64,000 bases of DNA from Octopus vulgaris (taxonomy: Eukaryota). A model generated the notes under the pieces. It ran no database searches, was not told where the DNA came from, and saw only the letters and a program-made list of their open reading frames with translations. The translations under genes were made by a program, and so were the position numbers. The stretch is from contig OX597817.1 in the NCBI GenBank assembly GCA_951406725.2, positions 124,682,001-124,746,000 of the forward strand, written 5' to 3'. Numbering within the stretch: position 1 is the first letter of the stretch; each line of letters begins with the position of its first letter. Positions 53,436 to 64,000 of this stretch are shown here, in pieces.

Positions 53436-54769
53436 TGTTAAGAAATTTAATCTTTTAGAATTGTACAGCTTTGCATCAAATCCTTACTTCAAATTACAAA
53501 TATTGCAGATATCCAATAACATATCTGCAAAATTCATAAAAACAAAAAGAAAATATCTCAAATATTGACGCTGAAAAAAGCAATATCAGAGTAATTAATT
53601 TAATAAAATTACTGAAATAATATTTTTATATCTAAATCATCCTTTGGTACATTACAAAATTAGCTTTTTACCAGTTTCTTATTCAAAAATGTTGGATTGA
53701 AAACTTAAATATGCATTTAAGCTATGTTAGGTGAAATCTATAAAGTCTAAGTAACCTGGTAAAATTGAACAAACTAACCTCTCTAATTTTTAATCATGTT
53801 TTTATTTTGTTTCATTTATATATTTGCTTTTCAATGCTAACATGGATTAGACAAATATATTATTGAAGTATTGCCAAATAGTCAGATGTCTTTCTTGTTG
53901 CTCATACTTAACAAACTTTTTTTCCAAATAAATATCTCTTATTCAATATGTGTTTGATGGCACAAAGGCAGAGGACGATATGTTGACAGAAGAAATAACA
54001 TCACCATTTTCGTGAAGTAACTTTTGAAGAAGCATAGAAATAAACAAACACATGAATACACACAAGAATGCACCTTGACACACATGTACACCTCCCATAC
54101 ACACAACACACACACATACATACATGACAGTCTTTATTCAATTTCCTTCAGTTGAATTCACTCACAAGGTTTTGGTCAGCCTAGGGCTACAGCTGAAAAC
54201 ACTTGCCTAAGGTGCCAAAATTTCTTTGCTTAAGTGATAGTGAGTTAAGAGGCTGAACAAATAATCTTGTAAGTATAAGTTTAACTCTTACAAAAACAAG
54301 CATATGTTACCTCTTGGGAATTTGTTCATAATACTTAACTCAGTTCTGCTGAGTGGATCTCATTCCTTTTGACTTCTAGACAAACTGAAGATTATATTTT
54401 TTTACCTGTTTCAGTCATTTGACTGTGGCCACGCTGGAGCACTGCCAAAAAAAAAAAAAAAGAAACATGCACAATCTGTATGGAAATTTAAACAACTACT
54501 TGACAACCGGTATTGGTGTGTTCAGTGGTTTGGGAAAAGAGACTGACAAAATAAGTACTTGGCTTGAAAAAAATAAGTCTTGCGGTTGATTAGTTTAATT
54601 AAAACTCTTTAAGGTGATGCTTTATCATGGTGACAATCAAATGACTGAATCAAGTAAAAGGTATAAAAAGGCAAGAACTTTTGTTTACCTTATTTTATTA
54701 ATTTATAAATCAGCATAACAAATTTATTAATATTGTTGTATTTTGGGATGGTCCTTTTTATTGTCGTGG

Positions 54770-54999
54770 CCAAATAAACACATGGACTGTATACTTGTTC
54801 TTCACTCCTTTATTGCTGTTCTTACTGTCCATTGTCTGGAAATCTTTTGTCACACATCTGTGACCTCTTCAGGGATGCTTTCTGAAAAGTGTCACTGAAG
54901 AGGTCACAGATGTGTGATGAAAGATTTCCGGACATGAGTTAAAATAAGAACAGTAATAAATGAGTGAAGAACGAATATATAATGCATGTGTTTATTTGG
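54770..54999. repeat. ~230-bp imperfect palindrome with hammerhead-like cores on both strands
   Basis: Arms pair from CCAAATAAACACATG / CATGTGTTTATTTGG in to a centre near 54883. Each arm reads CTGAAGA-GGTCACAGATGTGTGA(C/T)-(A/G)AAAGATTTCC. Confidence 0.85.
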
Positions 55000-55834
55000 T
55001 AACAAAAAAAAAAAAAATAATAATAATTGAACATCTGGAAATACAACAATATCTGCTTCAACACACGATTTCACATCAGGAATCTTGCAACATAAATTCA
55101 TAAATGTAAATTTGTTAATGTTTTACATAATGCACAAGGATTAAGATGGATTTTCTAATGCTCTAAATTATACTAATAAAAATCCATTGCACACTACCTA
55201 GATAGCTCCTGCATTACGACAGAGTTCCGTAGAAATATCACTGATGAATCTATGTTGTAGGGTATCATAACCATCTTACAAGATTACAGAACTGCCATAG
55301 CAGCATTACAAAGTTTAAGTAACATCTCCTGGGATCAAAATTACAGCAATTGTTTTACTGTTTTGCTGATATATATAAAACTCATGTTCAATAGATAAAC
55401 AGATATGAGAGAATTTTTCTCATGTTTTGGACATTCAGCTTTACTGCAGGCAAAACTCTTTTATATCTTAATTCAACTTCTCCACTTCCTCCCACCAAAA
55501 AAAAAAAAAGCTAATATATTGATTGGTAAAGATTCAATCAATGGGGTGATACAACCTAAAGGCATATATATCCTCTGTTTGTCTCTTTTACTATTACTAC
55601 AATGGAACCAAAAGTCTAATGTCTGTGCATTGCTTGACCTGCAAGAAATAACAACTAAATCTCTCTTATACAATACTCTTTTACCTTAGACAAGGGAAAG
55701 CATACATTAGATAATGTAGTCTTAGCTACACTGGAGGGGGATCATGGGATGGTCACACTTGGAATGCCTTCTTCACATAGGTTTTTTCAGTTAGTGTTCA
55801 CTAAAAGCTATACAACAACCACAGCTGGCAGAAT

Positions 55835-56150
55835 CTGGCAATCCATTGGTTACAATTATGAGGGCTCCAGTTGATCCAATGAATAGAACAGCTCATGAAA
55901 TTAACGTGCAAGTGGCTAAGTACTCCACAAACACGTGTACTTTAACGTAGTTCTCAGGGAGGCTCAGCAGGACAGAAAATGTGATGAGGCTGGCCCTTTA
56001 AAATTACAAGTACTACTCATTTTTGCCAGCTGAGTGGACTGGAGCAATCTGAAATAAAATGTCTTGCTCAAGGATACAACACATCACTGGGAATTGAACT
56101 CACAAACTAAGAATATGAACCAAATACCCTAACCATTAAGCCACATGTCT
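55835..56150 (-). mobile_element. SINE family C-related
   Basis: Shares TCCATTGGTTA...GTTGATCCAAT...CTCATGAAATTAACG with 52678-52750; tRNA-like head near 56085-56150. Confidence 0.7.
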
Positions 56151-57182
56151 TTACTCAACCATAGCTATTACTCATCCAAATTACCACATTTACATAGAAC
56201 ATATGTCCAAGACTGTCCACAACACCTATCTTTCCTCTTCTCATTTTTTATGTTGCATATCACTCAAGAAATCCTCTCCACACAAAATATCTCTCTCCAG
56301 AAATACACTTTCGAATCCCTATCTACTAACGCTTTACCTTCATAAACCAACAAGAAGAAATTCAAGGAGAGTATCTAATTCATTGACCTTACTGTCCTGA
56401 GAAATCCTGCAAAGATTTTCAGAACTATCACTTCACCTTCAGACTAAATAATAAATCAAAAGAAAAGGTAGGGTTAGAAATAGTACTGGTTATAAAAATT
56501 TTTCTTCCAAAACATCTGATGGAAAATTTCTGAATTTACTGGTATAATTCTGCTTATCCTGGTGTGGCGAAAATTATAAACAAAACAGCAAAAATGTGAG
56601 AGAAAAAAAAAGATAACCATGCAAATACCAAACATCTAATGGCAGGGATAAACTAATCTAGTTAAGATAAAAATGACTTTCACAAGCATGGTTTAGACTG
56701 GTGGTATGATACCTTTCTTTTGTCCTTCAAATATTTATGACATGTTTTTGTTGTTGTTTAGAAATTATCATATTTATGAAATAACTTGTCTTGTGTATGA
56801 AAAACAAAATTAAGTTTAAACCATTGATAGAAAATATCAAACATAATGAGATATAATGCTATGTTATCTTTAAACCTGCAGTTATGAATCTATAATGCTT
56901 TGAAATGTTTATTTCAAAAGTCATGAAGTTTAGTTAAAATACTAGAAAATGGTGAGCATATCAGAAGACACACTAAAAACTAGAGCAAAGATATGTTTTC
57001 AGATGATTTCAGATTTAGAAATATGCATGCATGCATACATACACACATACATAGCTACATACATACATACATACATACATACATACATACATACATACAT
57101 ACATACATACAAACATACATACATATACACATACATACATATACACATACATATGTATATACATATATATGCATATATACAG

Positions 57183-57215
<33 letters not shown>

Positions 57216-58020
57216 GATATACACACACATATGCCTATAAATATATATATATATGTGTGTGCATGTGTGCGTGCAGGCATGTACGTGTGTGTGTGTGTGT
57301 GAAGATATAATTTATGTATCAGAAATAGTTTAGAAGACATTTTAAAATCATTTTATGCATTTATGCGCTATTTTTTTTTTTTGAACCACGTAAACAGATA
57401 ACCATTCATACAAATAGAAAAGAGAGGACTAGAAAAAAAGAGAGAAAGATCAAACATGGATGAATATGTGGTTAAGAAGTTCACTTCCTAACCAAGTCAT
57501 TCTGGGTTTGATCTGACCACACAGCACTTGCGAGGTATTTTTTACCATGCTTGTGCAACATTCACAGATGTTTTCTTCCTCTCCCATACAAAGAGGAAAA
57601 AACCTGTACTTTGAGGTGATATTTCAGAGTCATTGCTTATCATCAGTCTAGAGTAGCATGGTTTGCTAGCTGTCAATGAGCATGACTCTGAAACTAGTCT
57701 CTGGATGCTGGCTTTGCTGGGTGGAGGTGCTTATCTCCCACTTTGAAAACATAAGGACACAGAAAATGTGTCATTGCCAACTGGAAATGGAGTTTCCTAG
57801 GGCTAAATAGCAGTAGCATTCTTCCCTTTCATGGGACTGCCACATTAAGTTGGCAGCATGACATCACCTTATCATGCTGCTACTGTATAAATCTCTCTGA
57901 GAGATTTAGAAATGCAATATTTATATATATATATAATTAATCTTTGTTTAATGTCAGCTTTCCATGCTAGCATGGACTTGACAGGAGCTGGCCAGACAAA
58001 CTGGATGATGATGACACATG

Positions 58021-58059
<39 letters not shown>

Positions 58060-58061
<2 letters not shown>

Positions 58062-58350
58062 CATCATCATCATCATCATCACCATCGTTTAATGTCCACC
58101 TTCCATGCTGGCATGGGTTGGATGGTTCGACAGGAGTCAGCCAGGCAGAAGGCTGCATCTGTGTCTGTTTTGGCATGGCTTTTACAGTTGGATGATCTTC
58201 TGAACACCAACCACCCTGTAGAGTGGATTGAGTGCTTTTTACGTGGCACCAGTACAGGCAAAATCAGTTTTACTATGGTTTTTACAACTGGATGGCCTTC
58301 CAAATGCCAACCACTTTACAGTGAGGACTGGATGCTTTTTACGTGGCCAT
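58060..58350 (-). mobile_element. RTE-type 3' end fragment
   Basis: (CAT)n-CGTTTAATGTCCAC.TTCCATGCTGGCATGGGTTGGA motif. Confidence 0.7.
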
Positions 58351-58470
58351 GCTGGGGCAGTATCTTAAAGAATTTCTAGTTGAATGAATTGTCCCCACAG
58401 CATTTGCTCTTTTGAAAAGCCTTGTACTTTTTCTATTGAACTTTTGTGACTGAACTCTGTATGTATGTAC

Positions 58471-58502
<32 letters not shown>

Positions 58503-58503
<1 letters not shown>

Positions 58504-58908
58504 GGCATAGGAGTGGCTGTGTGGTAAGTAGCTTGCTTACGAACCACATGATTCTGGGTTCAGTCCCACTGCGTGGCACCTTGGGCAAGTGTCTTCTACT
58601 ATAGCCTCGGGCTGACCAAATCCTTGTGAGTGGATTTGGTAGACGGAAACTGAAAGAAGCCCGTCGTATATATGCATATATATATATATATGTGTATGTT
58701 TTTGTGTTGTGTTTATCCCCCCCAACATCGCTTGACAACCGATGCTGGTGTGCTTATGTCCCCATAACTTAGCAGTTTGGCAAAAGAGACCGATAGAATA
58801 AGTACTAGGCTTACAAAGAATAAGTCCTGGGGTCGATTTGCTCGCTAAAGGCGGTGCTCCAGCATGGCCACAGTCAAATGACTGAAACAAGTAAATGAGA
58901 GAGAATGA
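58503..58908 (+). mobile_element. SINE family A, full length
   Basis: Full match to the family sequence. Confidence 0.9.
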
Positions 58909-58909
58909 G

Positions 58910-58936
<27 letters not shown>

Positions 58937-58945
<9 letters not shown>

Positions 58946-59388
58946 AAAATAGTAAAGTGTGAAAAAACGACAGAAGGCTTAAATGTTAAAAGATATATAT
59001 ATTTGTGTCAAAATGTCTGGAGAATATTGGAAAAATTTTTTTCCTTTCCTTAAAATGACATAATTTTTAAATTTTTAAAGAAATTACCGGTTTCGCGTGT
59101 AGCTTTTCAAATTTCTTGTGACGTTATGTTTATATTGCATGGATTTATCGTTGTTTTTATTTCCAGGAGATTTCTAAATAAGGGGAGGTAGTGAGTGATT
59201 TTTTCCGGTGTAGGGGAGATAATCGCTTAAAAATTTTTTTCCCCATTTCCTTGTTAATTTCTCTGTGTCAGTATGTTCGGATGGTTGAGTCTGGGTTTGT
59301 ACTTTTCAATGAAGAATGTTTCCTTGTTCAGTCTCATTTGTGTTGATGATCCGAAAGCACATTGGTAAAATGGGAAGATTAAAAATTG
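58937..59388 (-). repeat. Inverted pseudo-LTR (left arm)
   Basis: Matches the reverse complement of 61076-61528; the only difference I found is a 1-nt homopolymer indel. Confidence 0.95.
59078..59117 (-). ncRNA. Minimal type I hammerhead ribozyme, U3-A8 variant (left arm)
   Basis: Exact reverse complement of 61348-61387. Confidence 0.8.
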
Positions 59389-60416
59389 ATGAAGACCTAC
59401 ATTATGAAAAAATTACCAACTACACCCCACAAAAAATAATGAAAACTCTATCTTCACTAATTAAAACCCATGAAAAGGAACTGACAACCAAAGAGATTGA
59501 TTTCCTAACAAACTTTAAATGCAAACCTAGCCTATTCTATGGTCTGCCAAAAATTCATAAAAGTCAAATTATAAATGAAACCATTAAAAAATCACCAAAG
59601 ACATACATACACACACCTAATCCGGGGGACCTAAAACTACGACCCATTGTAGCTGGCCCAACCTGTGAAACACACAGACTAAGTCTACTTATGGACATCC
59701 TCTTGAAACCCTTCCTTAAACATATCGATAGCCATATCAGAGATGACTTAGATATGTTAAACCACCTTCCAAAAAAAACCAAGGAAGAAACAATCCTGGT
59801 TTCATTTGATGTAGTCAACTTGTATACCAGTATACCTCATAATTATGGACTGGAGGCAATACAATTCTGGTTAGACCAATTTCCGGAAGAAATACCAAAA
59901 AGGATCAGTAAGGAATTCATTACTAAATCAATTGAATTCATCCTACACAATAACCACTTCATGTTTGACAATACATTTTACCGTCAAAAATCCGGAATTG
60001 CTATGGGTACAAGGGCAGCACCAGTCATTGCGAACTTAACAATGGGATACATGGAAATAATCATTTACCAGGAATCTCTATCAATCTTTGGAAACTCCCT
60101 CTCTCAATACATAAAAGAGAATTGGAAACGATTCCTAGACGATTGTTTCATTCTCTGGAATGAAAACATAGATAAACTCCTAAAATTTAAAAACCTATTG
60201 AACAGCATAAACCCAAATATACAGTTCACAATGGAATACAACCAAAAGGAGCTCCCGTTCTTGGATATACTAATTAAAAAAATTAACCTTAAAATAGAAA
60301 CAGACATTTTTTACAAAGCCACAGACGCCAAACAATACCTTCTTTTAATTCATGCCACCCAAGACACACTAAAACAAACATACCCTTCAACCTTGCAAGA
60401 AGGATATGCACAATAG
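59316..60416 (+). CDS. PLE reverse transcriptase (N-terminally truncated; frameshift near 60340-60346)
   Basis: Motifs FYGLPKIHK, LRPIVAG, LVSFDVVNLYTSIP, YRQKSGIAMGT, WKRFLDDCF, IQFTME and LPFLD. Confidence 0.92.
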   Translation: MFPCSVSFVLMIRKHIGKMGRLKIDEDLHYEKITNYTPQKIMKTLSSLIKTHEKELTTKEIDFLTNFKCKPSLFYGLPKIHKSQIINETIKKSPKTYIHTPNPGDLKLRPIVAGPTCETHRLSLLMDILLKPFLKHIDSHIRDDLDMLNHLPKKTKEETILVSFDVVNLYTSIPHNYGLEAIQFWLDQFPEEIPKRISKEFITKSIEFILHNNHFMFDNTFYRQKSGIAMGTRAAPVIANLTMGYMEIIIYQESLSIFGNSLSQYIKENWKRFLDDCFILWNENIDKLLKFKNLLNSINPNIQFTMEYNQKELPFLDILIKKINLKIETDIFYKATDAKQYLLLIHATQDTLKQTYPSTLQEGYAQ

Positions 60417-61210
60417 TGTCAGAACAAAATACCAGGAACTTTAGACTGCAAGAACTCAAAAACACCCTAATTGACAGACATTACCCAGCTCAACTCATAG
60501 AGGATGGGATCAGACGTGCAACAGAAATCAACATAGAAACTTTAAGAAAAGTTCAACACAACAACACACCTTCCCCGAAAATACTACCTTACATATCTAC
60601 ATACAACCCCAGAAACAAAGAAGCCTTCACCATCATCACCCAGAATTTACCAATACTTCATAAAAACCCAAAATTAAGGGAAATTCTAAACATACACCAA
60701 ATCATTAAAAGCTACAAACAGCCTAAATCACTTAAAAAGATTCTCACAAAGGCAAAATTGTCTTCTAAAATTACGGATACAAAAGTAAAAAAATGTGGTA
60801 GATCGAACTGTGCAACATGTCCTAACCTATTGGAAGGATCAGAATTCTTCTTTAAAGAAGGACAGAAATTTAAGATCAAATCTAACTTTACTTGTGCCTC
60901 TGAAAACATAATTTATGTTATTAAATGCTCGGGCTGCCACCAAGACTACGTGGGTTCCACGGGACTATCACTCAGGCGCAGATGCACACTGCATCGACAA
61001 CAGATTGCATTCCCAGAATATAGAATGATACCTTTTAGTGAGCACATTGAGAAATGCGCAAAGCAACTACTGCCACAATTTTTAATCTTCCCATTTTACC
61101 AATGTGCTTTCGGATCATCAACACAAATGAGACTGAACAAGGAAACATTCTTCATTGAAAAGTACAAACCCAGACTCAACCATCCGAACATACTGACACA
61201 GAGAAATTAA
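60344..61210 (+). CDS. PLE RT thumb + Cys-rich linker + GIY-YIG endonuclease (same ORF after the frameshift)
   Basis: The frame is open from FNSCHPRHTKTNIPFNLARRICTIV into ORF 60416-61210. Motifs: CGRSNCATC linker, NIIYVIKCSGCHQDYVGST...R...H...H...E...LN. Confidence 0.9.
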   Translation, partial: FNSCHPRHTKTNIPFNLARRICTIVSEQNTRNFRLQELKNTLIDRHYPAQLIEDGIRRATEINIETLRKVQHNNTPSPKILPYISTYNPRNKEAFTIITQNLPILHKNPKLREILNIHQIIKSYKQPKSLKKILTKAKLSSKITDTKVKKCGRSNCATCPNLLEGSEFFFKEGQKFKIKSNFTCASENIIYVIKCSGCHQDYVGSTGLSLRRRCTLHRQQIAFPEYRMIPFSEHIEKCAKQLLPQFLIFPFYQCAFGSSTQMRLNKETFFIEKYKPRLNHPNILTQRN

Positions 61211-61528
61211 CAAGGAAATGGGGAAAAAAATTTTTTAAGCGATTATCTCCCCTACACCGGAAAAAATCACTCACTACCTCCCCTTATTTAGAAATCTCCT
61301 GGAAATAAAAACAACGATAAATCCATGCAATATAAACATAACGTCACAAGAAATTTGAAAAGCTACACGCGAAACCGGTAATTTCTTTAAAAATTTAAAA
61401 ATTATGTCATTTTAAGGAAAGGAAAAAAATTTTTCCAATATTCTCCAGACATTTTGACACAAATATATATATCTTTTAACATTTAAGCCTTCTGTCGTTT
61501 TTTCACACTTTACTATTTTCTTATATAT
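61076..61528 (+). repeat. Pseudo-LTR (right arm; ORF end + 3' UTR)
   Basis: Reverse complement of 58937-59388. Confidence 0.95.
61348..61387 (+). ncRNA. Minimal type I hammerhead ribozyme, U3-A8 variant
   Basis: AAGAAAT-TTGAAAA-GC-TACAC-GC-GAAA-CCGGTA-ATTTCTT: 7-bp stem I, 2-bp stem II, palindromic ACCGGT stem III and a GUA cleavage triplet. Confidence 0.8.
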
Positions 61529-62723
61529 TCACCCACGTGCTTTACCAAACAAACTTTCTTATCTATATATATATATATATACATATGCTGTTTGAAATTA
61601 TATACATTGCGAGCAGAAGCAAGCTACTGCCATCTCTAGCAGATGAGGTGTCCAGTAGGGAACAGAGGCAGAAATAGCTCAAAACTAGGCTGATCTGCTT
61701 ATCCCATTGCTAGAACGTGGTAGGGGTTTGCTCCCCTGCTCACAATACCTCGGATGCAGCTGTACATCTTTAACTAGCTAGAGGAGATGTCCTCTTGGAG
61801 TTAAAAATTCACAGTAAAATCTGTTTGAACAAACAGCCATACCAAAGTGACTATGAACATTAACTTTTAGCACAATTACTGCATTGTTCTTTTAAAGAGA
61901 TTTTAGAACTAACATTTTTGCTTATACACACACACATACACACTCACACACACATATTTAACATACACAGCTACAGAAGTGTTACTAATAGTTTCATAGT
62001 TTTTAGGTCCAAGAATTACACCCTACTACTTAATTCCCAATCAAAATTTTTTGCAAATGTATACACATGCATGAGTTTCTTTTGTCGAACTGGAGGACAG
62101 CATCCACTCTAGATTTAATAGTTACTTCACAAATTTTGACCTCCTTTCTGTTATATCATTCTTTACCAGCTAGTTAATTATGGTTTCTATAGTAAAAGAG
62201 AATGAAGATCCTGGTTTTCTTTTTCTTCCTTCTCAGTCTACTTTTTATATTAATCTTTTCTACGTTTTATATTTTCCTGTTTTTTTTTCTGCTCTTATTT
62301 TCTCAAATTTTCTAGTAGTGCAGCATCCTGGTTTTAAAATATATCTGCTGCATGAACTAAGCCTTAAATACTACTTGGAGATACATGGCATGCTGTATTA
62401 ATATACCAATTTAATGTTAAAGTATAAATATTTTGTAATTGCATGCATTAAATAATATTTATCTCTTCCTTGATGAAGTACATTCTTGCTTATTCAATCA
62501 ATATTGGATATGTAAGCTATATATTTGTGTATATGTATGTGTGTGTGTGTGTGTGTGCGTGTGTGTCTGTGTGTGTGTGTATGTGTGTCTGTTTGTCTGT
62601 ATGTATGTATGAACATCGTCTTCAATTCTTTTATTGGTTTTTTTTTATTTTGTTTCTTTTTTTACTTTCAGCATAAGTGTTATGGCTAGAATGGAGTGCT
62701 AGTATTATTTCTACAATGTGAAA

Positions 62724-63135
62724 TAGGCATTGGAGTGGCTGTGTGGTAAGTAGCTTGCTTATGAATCACATGATTCCGGGTTCAGTCCCGGGCAAGTGTC
62801 TTCTACTATAGCCACAGGCCGACCAAAGCCTTGTGAGTGGATTTGGTAGACGGACACTGAAAGAAGCCTGTCATTTATATATATATATATATATATATAT
62901 GCATGTGTGTGTATGTTTGTGTGTCTGTGCTTACCCCTCCCCCCACCTACAACATCGCTTGACAACCGATGCTGGTGTGTTTATATTCCCGTAACTTAGA
63001 GGTTCGGCAAAACAGACCGATAGAATAAGTACTACGCTTACAAAGAATAAGTCCTGGGGTCGATTTGCACGACTAAAGGCGGTGCTCCAGCATGGCCGCA
63101 GTCAAATGACTGAAGCAAGTAAAAGAGTAAAAGAG
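62724..63135 (+). mobile_element. SINE family A
   Basis: Near-full match, with a small deletion after the head. Confidence 0.9.
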
Positions 63136-63139
63136 TGCT

Positions 63140-63352
63140 AAAGGAAATGAGCTGAGCTGACAGAATCATTATCACACTGAGTAAATTGCTGAGCAGCATT
63201 AGGTTTTGACTTCAAATGTGGCCAGAGTCGACTTTGTATTTCATCATTTCAAGATTGATAAGATAAGCAACAGTCTTGCACTGGGTCGATATAATAGATT
63301 ATCTCCCTACCTCATAATTTCAGACCTTGTGCCTGTAGTAGAAAGGATTATT
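63140..63352 (+). mobile_element. SINE family B (degenerate)
   Basis: GAGCTGACAGAATC head; GTCGACTTTG..TTTCATC.TTTC...GATAA body. Confidence 0.6.
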
Positions 63353-64000
63353 TCTACAGTATTTATCTTATGGTGAGTAAGTGAGCTTGTTACTATTGCT
63401 TTCAGTAGTGCTTCTCGCTGTGACATTGATTCATCTGGAATAGCATAGAGTGTGCAGCTACTTACTAAATACATTTACATCAACTCTATACAGATTTCTT
63501 GGGGAAGTGTTGAAATGCTGTGAGCCTTTGAATACTAAGTTGTTGCAACATGTGGTTCAGCCCTTTGAAGGGGGTAGGTGGGTTTGTAATGATGAGCATT
63601 TCATACACACATACATACATACATATCTATGTGTGTGTTTATATGTTCTTTCTTTTGACAAATTTTGAAATATCCTATATTCACATTATCAAGCTTAACA
63701 TAGAGCATTTCTAACAGCTCAATGAATATTTATTTTCTTCAATTGGATTTCTTAATCTAATATTGCTTTAAAAATAGATTAATTAGATTTCCATACCTCA
63801 TTAATACAAAAGGTTGTGGATATTTTTCATTAATTTTCATATGACTAGGACAGTTTTAATTAATCCAGTCTTCCTTTATTGGCAGTTCAACTAATTTTAT
63901 TGATGAAGCATATTCCATTATTTGGGTAGATAATAAATTGAGCAGTTTCTTAGCTGCTGTTTGATCTTAGGTTAACCTTCATGGAGATAGTATCCCAACA

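Larger units (their letters stand above)
58937..61563 (+). mobile_element. Penelope-like retroelement (Neptune/Naiad type), 5'-truncated with inverted pseudo-LTR
   Basis: RT + GIY-YIG coding region; 58937-59388 is the reverse complement of 61076-61528; a ~35-nt unpaired tail at 61529-61563; (TA)n on both flanks. Confidence 0.95.

Noticed and set aside
57622-57693. Small hairpin TTTCAGAGTCAT...ATGACTCTGAAA with CTGATGA on the minus strand
   Set aside because: No hammerhead stem I or II; a short inverted repeat of unknown origin.
60780-61210. Possible selenocysteine recoding, as described for some Naiad PLEs
   Set aside because: The ORF has no in-frame TGA; its Cys residues use normal codons.
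61606-61746. Weak terminal inverted match (ATTGCGAGCAG / CTGCTCACAAT)
   Set aside because: Short, imperfect and single-copy in this window; insufficient for a MITE call.

Overview
AT-rich, repeat-dense eukaryotic DNA, intronic or intergenic. The SINE families and very abundant (TA)n/(CA)n/(AAT)n microsatellites resemble octopus genomes; this is inferred from recalled repeat sequences. I see no convincing host exon, and almost all short ORFs are microsatellite or SINE artefacts. The one near-intact coding unit is a young Penelope-like retroelement (PLE) at about 58937-61563. It encodes RT plus a GIY-YIG endonuclease split by a single frameshift and sits in (TA)n. It is bracketed by a nearly identical ~450-bp inverted pseudo-LTR whose two arms each carry a minimal type I hammerhead ribozyme with a non-canonical U3-A8 core (UUGAAAA...GAAA). 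At least five further hammerhead-like units with different sequences lie elsewhere in the window, three of them in palindromes or foldbacks. Other content: relics of Tc1/mariner, a Chapaev-like transposon, R4/Dong-, RTE- and CR1/L2-type LINEs, Helitron/Helentron-type non-autonomous elements, several MITEs, three tRNA-derived SINE families and a cryptic degenerate 26-bp tandem array.
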